Counted from the stretch's first letter, positions 39,399 through 49,416 are shown. The stretch: DNA of 64,000 nt from Treponemataceae bacterium (GCA_963678065.2 CAXXVZ010000005.1:640001-704000), one strand, 5' to 3'. The notes: generated by a model not told the origin, from the letters alone. Translations and numbers: made by a program.

Positions 39399-39738
39399 AA
39401 CCCCAGATTACTGCACCTGATGACCGGGTAGTAGTTGCCCCGATAGGCCGACCGGCAGTACACGGCATTGTTGTACCAGCTGCCGCCGCGAAGCACGCGG
39501 AGGTCGCCACAGGACGCGCCCATGGGGTCGGTCTGGACCCTAATCCATAGCCTCCATACCGGTCATGGCACCACTCCCACACATTGCCGTTCATGTCATA
39601 CAACCCCAGTTCGTTCGGCGCCTTCGCCCCCCGGCATGCGTCGTTCTCCCCGAATTGCCATTGTACCAAGCCACTGGGCCAAGATCGTTCGATCCCTCAT
39701 AGGTATATTCCCTCGACAGCTTCCCCCGCGGGACGCGT
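39394..39738 (-). pseudogene. Remnant of a second FGE/CLec-domain gene including variable repeat VR2
   Basis: Collinear with 33423-33770; encodes [21 protein letters not shown] and, after a frameshift, [42 protein letters not shown]. Confidence 0.9.
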
Positions 39739-40865
39739 CGATCGTGTCCGTATCCCAGGAGAGGACGACGCGCAATCCCGATTCCGGATTGCGGATGAGT
39801 CGCGGATCGAACTCCGGTAGCACGGACGAGCTGGCCCAGGCCTCGCAGCTTTGTAGGGTGATCAAGGCGTTGAGCTCCTCAAGCGCGACCATCGTGACGA
39901 TAACGCCGGCTCCCGGCGCGGTTCCTCATTCATGATCACATCACGGAGAAGAGACATGGCCTCGGCGAGGTCAGCCGCGGAACGCAGCGATTTTGCCCTT
40001 CCGGCAAGGGCCAGGGCGAGATCCCGAGCCGCGGGGCAGATGGTCAGATGATGCCGAGTCTCGCTCGTGGACGATCGGGGCTGCCCGCGTAGCGCGTTCG
40101 CCCAAGAAAAAATATTGCCCCCCAGCAGTCCTCTCGACGGAAACAATTCGCTCGGGGAGGCTGGAAAGGGATATCCACAGATCATCGTCCGGATCGACAT
40201 CGTGCAACTCTACTTCGGCAATCCACCCATCGCCGGAGGGCGAAAACTCCGCCCTCCCGTGTCCTCCGACTCGGGGCGCCACATCGACACCAGCCACCTG
40301 TGCGTGGAGCGTCAGCTTCCCGATCCGTTCCCTGGCGGGAAATGTAATCGCCGCCGTGCATTGCCCGCAGCGAATGTCGCAAACTTCTCGACATAACGAA
40401 TCTTGGCCGTCCGCGTTCCCAACGCCGGAAAAGGATAAATCCTTGTCCGGTACACGTGCCAGCGACCTGTTCCACGAATCCGGGGTCGGTGACGACTGGC
40501 CGATAAACCTGGGTCTCGAAGGCGATGCGAGCCTTGTCCTTTTTTATGATGGCCCCATCGGTCAGAAGGCCGTTCACATCAAGCGCGTATCCCGTGACTG
40601 CGGCCCCATCCGGCAAAGGGATGGTGAGTTCCCCCTCCATCACCCATCTGTTGGGATTGCGCAATATCAACGTCGCCTCTGTTTCGGCGAAGACGCCGAC
40701 GATTCTCGTCCTCACGTCCATGGACGCTATGCTGATCGACTCCGTGCCCGCGTACAGCAGCCCAGCGGCGGTCGAGGAGGTTGCGAGGTTTTCCCCACCT
40801 GATAAATTCTGCGCTTGTATCCCTGCCGTCTGGATTAAGAAGAAAAAGCATTGTGATGCCGACAC
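39735..40865 (-). pseudogene. Degraded VIT-domain/DUF2135-type exported protein
   Basis: VIT-like segment (AETEATLILRNPNRWVMEGELTIPLPDGAAVTGYALDVNG..ARIAFE..DPG) and C-terminal ARDLALAL..ALEELN..LRVVLSWDTD in different frames, far shorter than an intact gene. Confidence 0.75.
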
Positions 40866-41165
40866 ACGTCGCGTGTGTCGTAACCGAGCCCTTCCTGTTA
40901 CCCCTCAATAATTGATTATCCATTTCTGTCGGAGAAAAAGCGTAAAAATCTCCTGGCCTCGGCAACCACCACCCACAAAGGAGATCATGCCGGATTTCTG
41001 TTCATTATAATATTTTTTTAACAGTGTGTAAAATTTTAAAGTGGTTCATTCCAAACCTCTTTATGCAAAGCTCGGAAGAACAGAAAGTCGAAAAGGCAGA
41101 ATTGGGTGATGAAAAAAATTTGATCAGCAACAAGTTTTTGTTAGTACCTGTTTTCTGATTTGGTG

Positions 41166-41198
41166 AATAAAAAGGCTCCCGGCTTGATCCCGGGAGCC
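41166..41198 (-). terminator. Rho-independent terminator of the sugar operon
   Basis: GGCTCCCGG/CCGGGAGCC 9-bp stem followed on the minus strand by TTTTTATT. Confidence 0.8.
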
Positions 41199-41248
41199 GA
41201 TTCACAAGATCTGGGAACCCTCGATCCAGGAGAAGTTCCAGTCTTTTC

Positions 41249-41755
41249 TCAGAACTCCACGGCCCAGGCCAATCCGAAATCCTTCGCGGTATCGATCACG
41301 AGCATGTCTTTCTCCGGTGTGTCCCGGTCGAAAACCACGAAGGTCCGCGCCCGCGCGGCTCCCGTGAGGGGAGCGTAGTGCCAGGTGCCCGGAGCGAGGA
41401 TGGCCGCCTCCCCCTGGCGCAGGCGGAAGGCCCTCACGCTCGCAGGATCTATCGTATCCTTCCCGCCGGGCGCGTCCAGGGCGAGCACCAGCACCACCTC
41501 GCCGTCCACAGGAATGAGGGTTTCGGCGGTATCGCCGTGCCGCTCGAATATCGTGGACTTTGCGTTCGGCGTCGCATAACTCTCCACGATGCAAACGGAG
41601 GGCGCGCCCGCCATTTCGGGCAGCCCCAGGCGGTTCCAGAACGAGAAGCCGGGGCAGGCCGCGTCGGCCTTCTTCCCCTCAGCCGTCGCGAGGACGCCGT
41701 AGCGCAGGAATTCTTCCGATCCCGCGTCGAGAATATCGAGTTTCAGTGTCTTCAT
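41249..41755 (-). CDS. Ureidoglycolate-lyase (AllA)-like cupin
   Basis: F..YG, FERHGDTAETLIP, VRAF..GEA..LAPGTWHYAP. Confidence 0.75.
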   Translation of the reverse strand: MKTLKLDILDAGSEEFLRYGVLATAEGKKADAACPGFSFWNRLGLPEMAGAPSVCIVESYATPNAKSTIFERHGDTAETLIPVDGEVVLVLALDAPGGKDTIDPASVRAFRLRQGEAAILAPGTWHYAPLTGAARARTFVVFDRDTPEKDMLVIDTAKDFGLAWAVEF

Positions 41756-41768
41756 GATTCGCGACTCC

Positions 41769-42725
41769 TCAAACCTGCCGCGCGGTGCCGGCCATCTCTT
41801 CGAAGAGCTTGAATATCGCCGAGGCGTTCAGATCGCCCCAGCCCTTGTTCTGCGCCACTTTGTTGAGCTCGTGGACCATGTTGGAGAGCATGACGGGGAC
41901 GCCGATTGTCTCGGAGTAATTCCGGATGAGCTCGGTGTCCTTGACCATGGTCCGGAGGTGGAAGGAGACGCCGAAATCGTGATCGAGCATGGACCTGCCG
42001 GCCCCACCGATGATGGGAGAACGGAAATCCGACTCGCCCCAGAGCTTGATGAGCTCGTAGCCGTCGATGCCGGCTTTTTCGGCCATGGCGAGGGACTCGG
42101 CGAGTGAGGCGAGGACGGCCGACACAAGGTGGTTGCCGCAGAGCTTGGCGACGCAGCCCGATCCTGTCTTTCCCATGTAGTGGGTCGTGGCGCCGATCTC
42201 GGACAGGAGGGGAAGCGCGGCCTCCCAGGCCGTCTTTTCGCCGCCGACCATGATCCAGAGGCCTCCCGAACGGGCTTCTGCCTTGCTGCCGTGCACGGGG
42301 GCGTCGACAAAGAGAGCGCCTTTTTCGGCGAAGCGGGCGGCTTCCGCGATGGCGGTTGCCGGAAGCTGTGTGCTCATGTCGACGAAGACCTGGCCGGGCG
42401 CCGCGCAGGCGTAGAGGCCGTCTTCGCCTGCAGCGCCGGTCATGCCGGCAGCGCTGGCCGAGCCTGCAACACCGGAAGCGCCGTTCAAGCCGGCAGTGCC
42501 GTTCAGCACGGCGCGAAGGGCCTCCTCGTTCCAGACGAGGATGACGACGTGACTCGCCTTTTCGGCCGCCTCTCGCGGCGTCGCGCAATATACGGCTCCC
42601 GCGCGCACCAGCTCCTGGGCGTTTGCCCGAGTCCTGTTGTAGCAGAATACTTCGTGTCCCTTTCTGAGAAGAGTCAGCCCGACTCCGGTTCCCATGATTC
42701 CCGTTCCGATGACAGCGACGCGCAT
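41769..42725 (-). CDS. NAD(P)-dependent beta-hydroxyacid dehydrogenase (3-HIBADH/GarR family)
   Basis: IGTGIMG, FVDMST, FVDAPVHG, GCVAKLCGN, KD. Confidence 0.9.
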   Translation of the reverse strand: MRVAVIGTGIMGTGVGLTLLRKGHEVFCYNRTRANAQELVRAGAVYCATPREAAEKASHVVILVWNEEALRAVLNGTAGLNGASGVAGSASAAGMTGAAGEDGLYACAAPGQVFVDMSTQLPATAIAEAARFAEKGALFVDAPVHGSKAEARSGGLWIMVGGEKTAWEAALPLLSEIGATTHYMGKTGSGCVAKLCGNHLVSAVLASLAESLAMAEKAGIDGYELIKLWGESDFRSPIIGGAGRSMLDHDFGVSFHLRTMVKDTELIRNYSETIGVPVMLSNMVHELNKVAQNKGWGDLNASAIFKLFEEMAGTARQV

Positions 42726-42740
42726 TGTGACCTCCCGGCC

Positions 42741-43373
42741 TTATCCGGCGAACACCCTGAAGGTGTCGGCGAGTATGAATCCGACCGTGGCTCCGGCATC
42801 CTGGAGCCCGATCGTTTTTTCCTGAAAACAGGCAGCCTTTCCGTGCTGCGCAATCATTCCCTTCGTGGCTTCGAGCCCCTCCGCGGCCGCCGCGGCGCCG
42901 GCGGCCAGGGCCGCGGGAAGGGATTCCCCCCTCTGCGCCGAGACGGCGAATGACTCCGCGATGGGCGCGACCACGTCGACGAGGGTCTTGTCCCCGCGCT
43001 TTGCCTTGCCGCGCTCCAGTATCCCGGTGAGGAATGCCTCCCAGAACCTGGCTATCTCGGGCGTGCCTATGGCCGCGACCCCTTCGAGGGCCTTTCCTCC
43101 GCGCATGAAACCCGTCGCCATGAGGGTGCCCATCGTCGAGGGCGCCGCCTTGGAGATGGCCATTCCCGCGAGCTGGATCGTCCGCGCTATGGGGTCGGAG
43201 ACATTGGCGTTCACGGAGTCGGAGGCTGCCGCGAAGGCTTTGGCCATGGTCAGTCCGAGATCGCTGTCGCCGACCTTCCCGTCGAGTTCGATGAGATAGT
43301 CGCGCTTGGCCGCGAAGACTTCCTTGAACGCGGCGAAGAGGCCGCCGAGATCTTCCTTCCGGATCGATTCCAT
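42741..43373 (-). CDS. dhaL: Dihydroxyacetone kinase-family subunit L
   Basis: LDGKVGDSDLG, RGKAKRGDKTLVD, A.HGKA, DAGA. Confidence 0.9.
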   Translation of the reverse strand: MESIRKEDLGGLFAAFKEVFAAKRDYLIELDGKVGDSDLGLTMAKAFAAASDSVNANVSDPIARTIQLAGMAISKAAPSTMGTLMATGFMRGGKALEGVAAIGTPEIARFWEAFLTGILERGKAKRGDKTLVDVVAPIAESFAVSAQRGESLPAALAAGAAAAAEGLEATKGMIAQHGKAACFQEKTIGLQDAGATVGFILADTFRVFAG

Positions 43374-43374
43374 A

Positions 43375-44388
43375 TCAGTCTCCCTTCAGCTGTCTCTGCT
43401 CGAAGAAAGGCGTCGAGGCGGGTCGACCCATGAGGCGTTTCAGTTCGCCGTCCAGCTTGCACAGCGAGATGGAGGCTCCGGCCATCTCCATGGACGTGGC
43501 GTATTCGCCGACGTAGACATGGAAGACGGAAATCCCTTTCTCCTTCAGCGTGGAGAGCAGGCGGCGGGCGAGGACATAGAGTTCCTCTTTCGGCGTGGCA
43601 CCGAGTCCGTTCACGAGAACCGCGACCTCGTCTGTGGCCAGGAATGGCAGATCGGCGAGGATGGGGCCGAGCATCTCGTCGACGATTTCGTCGGCGTTTC
43701 TGATCGCGCCGCGCCTGATTCCCGGCTCACCGTGGATGCCCATGCCGATTTCCATCTCGTTCTCGCCGAGGGTGAAGGAGGGGTGTCCAACCTCGGGGAC
43801 GATGCAGGGCGAGAAGGCGACGCCCATGGTCCTCACGGAAGCCTTCGCCTTCTCGGCGACGCGTTTCACCTCGTCGAGGTTCATGCCCTCGGCGGCGGCA
43901 GCTCCAGCCGCTTTGTAGACGAAAAAGATGCCGGCCACGCCGCGCCTCTTGTCCTCCCGGCCCTTGGGGGAGGAGGCCGCGTCGTCGTTGCCCACGACCG
44001 ACAGGACGCGGATGCCTTCGAGATCGGCCATCTCGGTCGCCATGTCGAAGTTCATGATGTCGCCTGAATAGTTGCCGTAGATGTAGAGGACGCCGGCTCC
44101 CTGGTCGATGACCTTGGTCACCTCGAGCATCTGGTCGGCGCTCGGAGACTGGAAGACGCCGCCCACGGCGCAGCCATCGAGCATGCCCTCGCCCACGTAG
44201 CCGAGGAAGAGGGGCAGATGTCCGGAACCGCCGCCCGTCGCGATGCCGACCTTGCCCGCCACGGGTCCGGCGGTGACGAGGCAGCGGGGATCGCCCGCCG
44301 CGAAAGTCACCTGGTCGGGGTGAGCGGCGTAGATGCCCTCGAGCATCTCGTCGACGAAGGTCTCGGGCTTATTGAGGAATTTTTTCAT
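43375..44388 (-). CDS. dhaK: Dihydroxyacetone kinase-family subunit K
   Basis: GGGSGHLP, NYSGD, RRGVAG, GMGIHGEPG, VNGLGATP, TSMEMAG. Confidence 0.92.
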   Translation of the reverse strand: MKKFLNKPETFVDEMLEGIYAAHPDQVTFAAGDPRCLVTAGPVAGKVGIATGGGSGHLPLFLGYVGEGMLDGCAVGGVFQSPSADQMLEVTKVIDQGAGVLYIYGNYSGDIMNFDMATEMADLEGIRVLSVVGNDDAASSPKGREDKRRGVAGIFFVYKAAGAAAAEGMNLDEVKRVAEKAKASVRTMGVAFSPCIVPEVGHPSFTLGENEMEIGMGIHGEPGIRRGAIRNADEIVDEMLGPILADLPFLATDEVAVLVNGLGATPKEELYVLARRLLSTLKEKGISVFHVYVGEYATSMEMAGASISLCKLDGELKRLMGRPASTPFFEQRQLKGD

Positions 44389-44417
44389 AGTGATGCTCCT
44401 TGTTCGCCTGCTCTGTG

Positions 44418-45479
44418 TCAGGCTTTTTTTGCTGCGACCGCGCCGGTCTTCGCTGCGGCTTTGCCCGCTTTTATTTTCAGACTGCGCTTATTCTGGACGA
44501 AGTTGAGCGCCATTATGGCGAGGAGGAAAAGGCCCCAGGTGAATTCCTTGGCGAAGTTGCTGAAGCGGAGCATGTTGAAGCCGCTCGAGAGGAACTGGAG
44601 CGAGAGGACGGCTATGGTTATGCCGAGAACGGTCCCGAAGCCGCCCGCCGGATTCACGCCGCCGAGAACCGCGACGAGGACGGCCTGCAGGACGTAGGAC
44701 TCGCCGTAATCCGCCTTGGCCGAATTGGTCCGCGCTATCATGACGATGCCGGTTACGCTCGCGAGAATCCCCGAGAGCATATAACTCTTGAAGAGCATCG
44801 CCTGGGTCTTGATTCCCGAGAAGACGGAGGCCTTCATGTTGGTGCCGATCATGTAGAGGTTGATCCCGAAGCTGGTCTTGGAGAGCATGAGCGCGATGAA
44901 GCCGGCGCAGAAGGCGAAGATCACGAAGGGCAAAGGGAAGATCCAGAGCTTGCCGTTTCCGAGGAAGAGGAAGGTCTCGGGGAAACCCGGTACCGCATAA
45001 CCTTTCGTGATGACGATGGCGATGCCGGTGAAGACCTGCCAGGTGCCGAGCGTGGCGAGGATGGGCGGGATGCCCACCTTGGCTATCAGGAATCCGTTGG
45101 TCAGGCCCGCGACGGCGCCCGTCACGAGTGCCACGGAAAGAGAGAGCGCCATGTAGAGCCCCGTCGTCGACGCGTCGGAGCCGGCCGGGAGCAGTTTCGT
45201 GAAAATCAGGGCGACGAAAATTCCGGACAGGTTGGCGATGCCGACGATGGACAGGTCGATGCCGCCCGTCAGCATCGCGATCATCATGCCGAGCGCGATG
45301 ATGCCGAGTTCAGGGAACTGGGAGGCCATCGACTCGATGTTGAGGGCAGTCACGAAGACGCCGGGGTTGAGAAAGGCCATCACGGCGAAGACAGCGACGG
45401 CGATCAGGATCAGCCTGAGGAGATTGGAGTCCTTGCCCGCGAAGGCTGCCAGTGAACCCAGGGGATTTTTCTTTTCCAT
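44418..45479 (-). CDS. Sugar ABC transporter permease (CUT2)
   Basis: GGIDLS, IPPILATLGT, AVLGGVNPAGG. Confidence 0.92.
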   Translation of the reverse strand: MEKKNPLGSLAAFAGKDSNLLRLILIAVAVFAVMAFLNPGVFVTALNIESMASQFPELGIIALGMMIAMLTGGIDLSIVGIANLSGIFVALIFTKLLPAGSDASTTGLYMALSLSVALVTGAVAGLTNGFLIAKVGIPPILATLGTWQVFTGIAIVITKGYAVPGFPETFLFLGNGKLWIFPLPFVIFAFCAGFIALMLSKTSFGINLYMIGTNMKASVFSGIKTQAMLFKSYMLSGILASVTGIVMIARTNSAKADYGESYVLQAVLVAVLGGVNPAGGFGTVLGITIAVLSLQFLSSGFNMLRFSNFAKEFTWGLFLLAIMALNFVQNKRSLKIKAGKAAAKTGAVAAKKA

Positions 45480-45494
45480 TTTTTCCTTGCCCCC

Positions 45495-46481
45495 TCACGC
45501 GTTGGCTTTCGCTTCGGCCTTGTACCGCAGCGCCGAGGCTCCGGTAGAGGCGATGATGATGAGACCCGTCACGATCTTCTGCCAGTACGAGGGAATGCCG
45601 ATGATGATGAGGCTGTTCTCCATGAGGACGAGGAAGGCGACGCCGATCATGGTGCCGTAGACTGTGCCCTTGCCGCCCGTGATGCTCGCGCCTCCGAGAA
45701 CGACGGCGGCTATGACCGTCATCTCCGTCCCGACAAGGTCGAAGGGATTCGCGTTGCGCATGTAGGCGGAGTGCAGGACGCCCGCTATCCCCGAGAGGAA
45801 GCCGACGAAGCCATAGATGAAGAACTGGATGCCGGCGATGTTGAATCCGGCCCGCTCGGTCGCGACGGGATCGCCGCCGAGGGCGTAGATTCCGCGGCCG
45901 AGCATCGTGTACTTGAGGAGGAACCACACGGCGAGCGCCGCGACGACGAGGATGAGGAAGGCAGAGGGCAGGCCCACGATTTTTCCGGATGAGTCCGTGA
46001 ACCTGATCAGATTGGACTTGGAAAAGTCGATGAGGGATTGCGGAAGATTGTTGATGATCTTTACGCCGATGAAGGCGAGCATAAAGCCGCGGATGGCGCT
46101 CGCGGTCCCGAGGGAGACGATGAGGGCCGGCAGCTTGAAGCGCGCGACAAAGGACGCGTTGACGAAGCCGAGGAGGATTCCGATGGCGCCCGCGATCGCA
46201 AAGGCGACGAGAAGTCCGCCCTCGGGAAAGAGCGCGAGCATGATCTTGCCCGTCGTGTACATCGCGAAGGCGCTTATGGCCGTGAAGGAAATGTCGGTGT
46301 TCCCCGAAACGATCACGATGAGGACGCCCAAGGCGAAAATACCCATGATGACAGTGCTTTTCAGAAGGCTGAAGATATTTCCGAATGAATAGAAGGCCGG
46401 ATTTATGGCCCCGATGACGATGACCATCGCGATGAAGGCGATGGTCACGACGAACTCGTGTGTCTGTACCAGCTTTTTCAT
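45495..46481 (-). CDS. Sugar ABC transporter permease (CUT2)
   Basis: Real start MKKLVQTHEF at 46481; SGNTDIS, GRGIYALGG, AAVVLGGASITGGKG. Confidence 0.92.
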   Translation of the reverse strand: MKKLVQTHEFVVTIAFIAMVIVIGAINPAFYSFGNIFSLLKSTVIMGIFALGVLIVIVSGNTDISFTAISAFAMYTTGKIMLALFPEGGLLVAFAIAGAIGILLGFVNASFVARFKLPALIVSLGTASAIRGFMLAFIGVKIINNLPQSLIDFSKSNLIRFTDSSGKIVGLPSAFLILVVAALAVWFLLKYTMLGRGIYALGGDPVATERAGFNIAGIQFFIYGFVGFLSGIAGVLHSAYMRNANPFDLVGTEMTVIAAVVLGGASITGGKGTVYGTMIGVAFLVLMENSLIIIGIPSYWQKIVTGLIIIASTGASALRYKAEAKANA

Positions 46482-46498
46482 ACTGTTCCCGTCCTGCC

Positions 46499-47992
46499 TC
46501 AATCCAGTCCGTTGAGGATGTCGATAAGGCTGTTTTCGCCGAGGGCCCCGCCCCGGACTTCGCGGACCATCGATCCCTTGTGCATGACGAGAACGCGGTT
46601 GCAGTTCTGGACCAGCTCGGGGATGTCGTCGGAGATGACGATCACGCCGAGGCCCTTTTTCGCGAGCTGTTTCAGCTTCTCGTGGATGTCGGCCTTGGAA
46701 CCGATGTCGACTCCGACGGTCGGACCGTTCAGGATGAGGATTTTCGCGTTCGTGGAGAGCCATTTCGCGAGCACGACGCGCTGCTGGTTGCCGCCGGACA
46801 GGGTCTGCACGGGCCGCGCCGTGTCGGGAGTGGCGATACTGAGCGTCTTTATCCACTCCGCGACAATGTCGTTGGCCTTCCTGAAATCGAGGAGACCGGT
46901 GGGCTTTCGCAGACGGGGAAGGATGCTGACGAAGATGTTCCGCGCTATCGACTGCTTGAGGAAGAGCCCCTCCGACACGCGGTCCTCGGGAACGTAGGCG
47001 ATGCCCGCCTTGATTCCATGCTGGATCGACCGGATCTTCCGCTCTTTCCCCTCGACGAGGATCTTCCCGGATTCGGCGGGCCGCGCACCGAAAATCGAGA
47101 GCGCGAGCTCCGTGCGGCCCGAGCCGAGAAGCCCGGTGATTCCGAGAATTTCCCCGGGATACAGGGAAAAACCGATATTCCGGAAATCCGACTTGCGGGA
47201 AAGGTCGCGCAGTTCGAGAAGCGGCGATTTCCCCTTCGGATCGAAACCGAAGCGGGAATCGGTGACGGCCCTTCCTGTCATGTGGTAGACGATCTTCGGT
47301 TCGTCGAACTCGCTCACCGCTCCGTCGATCACCTTCTGCCCGTTTCGCAGGATGGTTATGCGCTCGCTGATCTCGAGGACCTCGCGCAGCTTGTGGCTCA
47401 CGAAGAGGGTCGCGATGCCCCGCGCCTGCATGCCCTTTATGATGCCGAATAACCGATCCACTTCCTTCTGGGTCAGCGCCGTCGTCGGCTCGTCCATGAT
47501 GACGAGGCGCGCGTTGTGCAGAAGGGCCCGCGAAATCGCGACGAGCTGCTTGTCGGCGACGGGGAGCCTCTCGACGGGCATGTCGAGATCGAGCTTTATT
47601 CCGATCTGATCGAGGGCCTCGCGCGCCGTCTTCCGGGTTTCCCTCCAGTTGACCAGTTTCCGGCCGAGCTCCAGCTGGCTGTTGATGGCCAGGTTCTCCG
47701 CGACGGTCAGATTGGGAAAGAGGGAAAAGTCCTGGTAGATGACCTGTATCCCCGCGTGGATCGCGTCGATGGGGTGCAGTGTCGCATAACTCTTCCCATC
47801 GATCGCGATTTTTCCCGAGTCGGGTTTGTGGACTCCGGCTATGACCTTGATGAGGGTCGACTTGCCGCAGCCATTTTCTCCCGCGAGACAGTGGATTTCC
47901 CCTCTGTTGATCGAGAGGGATACTCTGTTGAGGGCGTGGACACCCGCGAATCGCTTGTCGATTTCCTCGACAACAAGAAATCTGTCTGTCAT
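46499..47992 (-). CDS. Sugar ABC transporter ATP-binding protein (two NBDs)
   Basis: GENGCGKST, MDEPT, GLLGSGRTE, LSGGNQQ. Confidence 0.95.
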   Translation of the reverse strand: MTDRFLVVEEIDKRFAGVHALNRVSLSINRGEIHCLAGENGCGKSTLIKVIAGVHKPDSGKIAIDGKSYATLHPIDAIHAGIQVIYQDFSLFPNLTVAENLAINSQLELGRKLVNWRETRKTAREALDQIGIKLDLDMPVERLPVADKQLVAISRALLHNARLVIMDEPTTALTQKEVDRLFGIIKGMQARGIATLFVSHKLREVLEISERITILRNGQKVIDGAVSEFDEPKIVYHMTGRAVTDSRFGFDPKGKSPLLELRDLSRKSDFRNIGFSLYPGEILGITGLLGSGRTELALSIFGARPAESGKILVEGKERKIRSIQHGIKAGIAYVPEDRVSEGLFLKQSIARNIFVSILPRLRKPTGLLDFRKANDIVAEWIKTLSIATPDTARPVQTLSGGNQQRVVLAKWLSTNAKILILNGPTVGVDIGSKADIHEKLKQLAKKGLGVIVISDDIPELVQNCNRVLVMHKGSMVREVRGGALGENSLIDILNGLD

Positions 47993-48042
47993 GACTATCC
48001 CGCGCTTGCAGTTGGAATGTGCCGATGCCGATTCTATGGATA

Positions 48043-48073
48043 TGCCGGGCGGTTTCCGAAAAACCGCCCGGCA
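48043..48073. terminator. 13-bp stem-loop between SBP and ATPase genes
   Basis: TGCCGGGCGGTTT-ccgaa-AAACCGCCCGGCA; typical position for differential mRNA stability or partial termination. Confidence 0.65.
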
Positions 48074-48099
48074 AACGCTGATTCAGGCGAAAGGGAAGA

Positions 48100-49107
48100 T
48101 CAGAAGTTGAACTGCCCCATGTTTTCCTTGCCGACGTCGACCCAGGCCGCGCCGTAGAAGACCTTCGGGTTCTTCGGATCGACCTTGATCTTGTTGTAGC
48201 CCTTCACGCCGAGGTCCATGCCGCTCGAAATCTTTCCGCCCGTGAGGAGGGTGACGGCCATCTTGTTCATGACATAGCCTGCGTCGGCGGGGTCCCAGAA
48301 GAAGATCATCTTGGTGCCGCCGGACTTGAGGTACTGGCCGCAGCTGGAGACGAGGCTGGTGCCGACGACGGCGACCTTGTTCTGCAGCCCTGCTTCCTCG
48401 ACCGCGAGGCCGGCGCCGGGGGCCGTGGTGGAGGCTGAGCCGAGGATTCCCTTCAGGTTGGGATACGTCGTGAGGAGTTCCTTGGACTTCTGGTAGGCCT
48501 TGTTCTGGTCGTCGTAGTCCTCGTTGCGGCGGGAAACGAGCTTCATCTTGGGATATTTCTCTTTCTGGCGGGCTTCCGCTCCGTCCATCCACTGGTTGTG
48601 CGACTTCGAGGTGAGGCTTCCGACGAAGTTGGTGTACTCGCCCTCGTAGTTCATGAACTTGGCGAGGTTGTCCATCATGTGGGCGCCGTAGTCTTCGTTC
48701 ACGAAGGCTTCGATGTCGAAGTCGACGTTCTGCTGGTTGGTCGCCTCGTGGCTGATGACGACGATGCCGGCGTCGCGGGCTTTCTTGAGGACGGGCTCGA
48801 GGGCTTCCGGCGAGAAGGGGACGACGCAGATGGCGTCGACTTTCTGCGCGATGAGTCCTTCGATGATCTTGACCTGCTCGGCGGCGTCGGCTTTGGCCGG
48901 CCCGAGGAGGAAGGTGGTGTAGCCGGTGTCCTTGCCGTATTTCACGACGCCCTCGCGCATGCGGTCGAACCAGGCGATTCCGTCGATCTTGACGACGGTG
49001 GCGATGGTGAATTTCTTTCCGGCGGCGGCTTTGCCCGTGCCCTGGGCGAAGGCGAATCCGGCGACGATGATGGTCAGCATGAGGATCAGAGACAGTGAAC
49101 GTTTCAT
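48100..49107 (-). CDS. Sugar ABC periplasmic binding protein (LsrB/RhaS-like subfamily)
   Basis: Signal peptide; VVKIDGIAWFDRM, QVKIIEGLIAQKVDAI, WDPADAG. Confidence 0.92.
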   Translation of the reverse strand: MKRSLSLILMLTIIVAGFAFAQGTGKAAAGKKFTIATVVKIDGIAWFDRMREGVVKYGKDTGYTTFLLGPAKADAAEQVKIIEGLIAQKVDAICVVPFSPEALEPVLKKARDAGIVVISHEATNQQNVDFDIEAFVNEDYGAHMMDNLAKFMNYEGEYTNFVGSLTSKSHNQWMDGAEARQKEKYPKMKLVSRRNEDYDDQNKAYQKSKELLTTYPNLKGILGSASTTAPGAGLAVEEAGLQNKVAVVGTSLVSSCGQYLKSGGTKMIFFWDPADAGYVMNKMAVTLLTGGKISSGMDLGVKGYNKIKVDPKNPKVFYGAAWVDVGKENMGQFNF

Positions 49108-49416
49108 TAAAACCCCCTTGAAGATTTTAGTAGACAGTTGATTATTTTCCGGGTTTTTAAACCTGTCAAGTAAAATATTGTAAAATTGTTAAATCAGGCA
49201 TAATGAATTCAGTGATTATGATTTTACATATTCTTCATTATAAAAGGATTTAGGTTGAAATTACATGCTTTTGGCACAATAATTCATTCAATGCCGTTGA
49301 ATGGAATAGTTTTTCAATAAACAAATTGCAGCATCTTTAACAGTTTTCAATGAATTTTAATGAATTATGTTTGACATATTTAAAAACACGGACTACTATC
49401 GCTGGGAGGAGCACGC

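Noticed and set aside
39018..39431. 137-aa ORF on the + strand
   Set aside because: Its end is the antisense of the repeat and VR2; no RBS or recognisable motif. 38600-39330 may hold decayed sequence I cannot identify.
39394..39536. Second repeat as the DGR template repeat
   Set aside because: Adenines are lost in both directions (9 sites A only in copy 1, 7 only in copy 2) and homology extends ~200 nt into upstream coding sequence, so it is a second VR, not a TR.
35263..41160. Reverse transcriptase or avd gene near the repeats
   Set aside because: No ORF with an RT-type (Y/F)xDD context or Avd-like protein; the ORFs are a DDE transposase, a C45 hydrolase and remnants.
48100..49107. Bona fide lsr AI-2 quorum-sensing operon
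   Set aside because: No lsrK, lsrF, lsrG or lsrR; context indicates sugar catabolism.
49285..49303. CATTCAA-tgccg-TTGAATG palindrome as LacI operator
   Set aside because: Does not fit the even, CG-centred LacI pattern and lies in very AT-rich DNA; unresolved.
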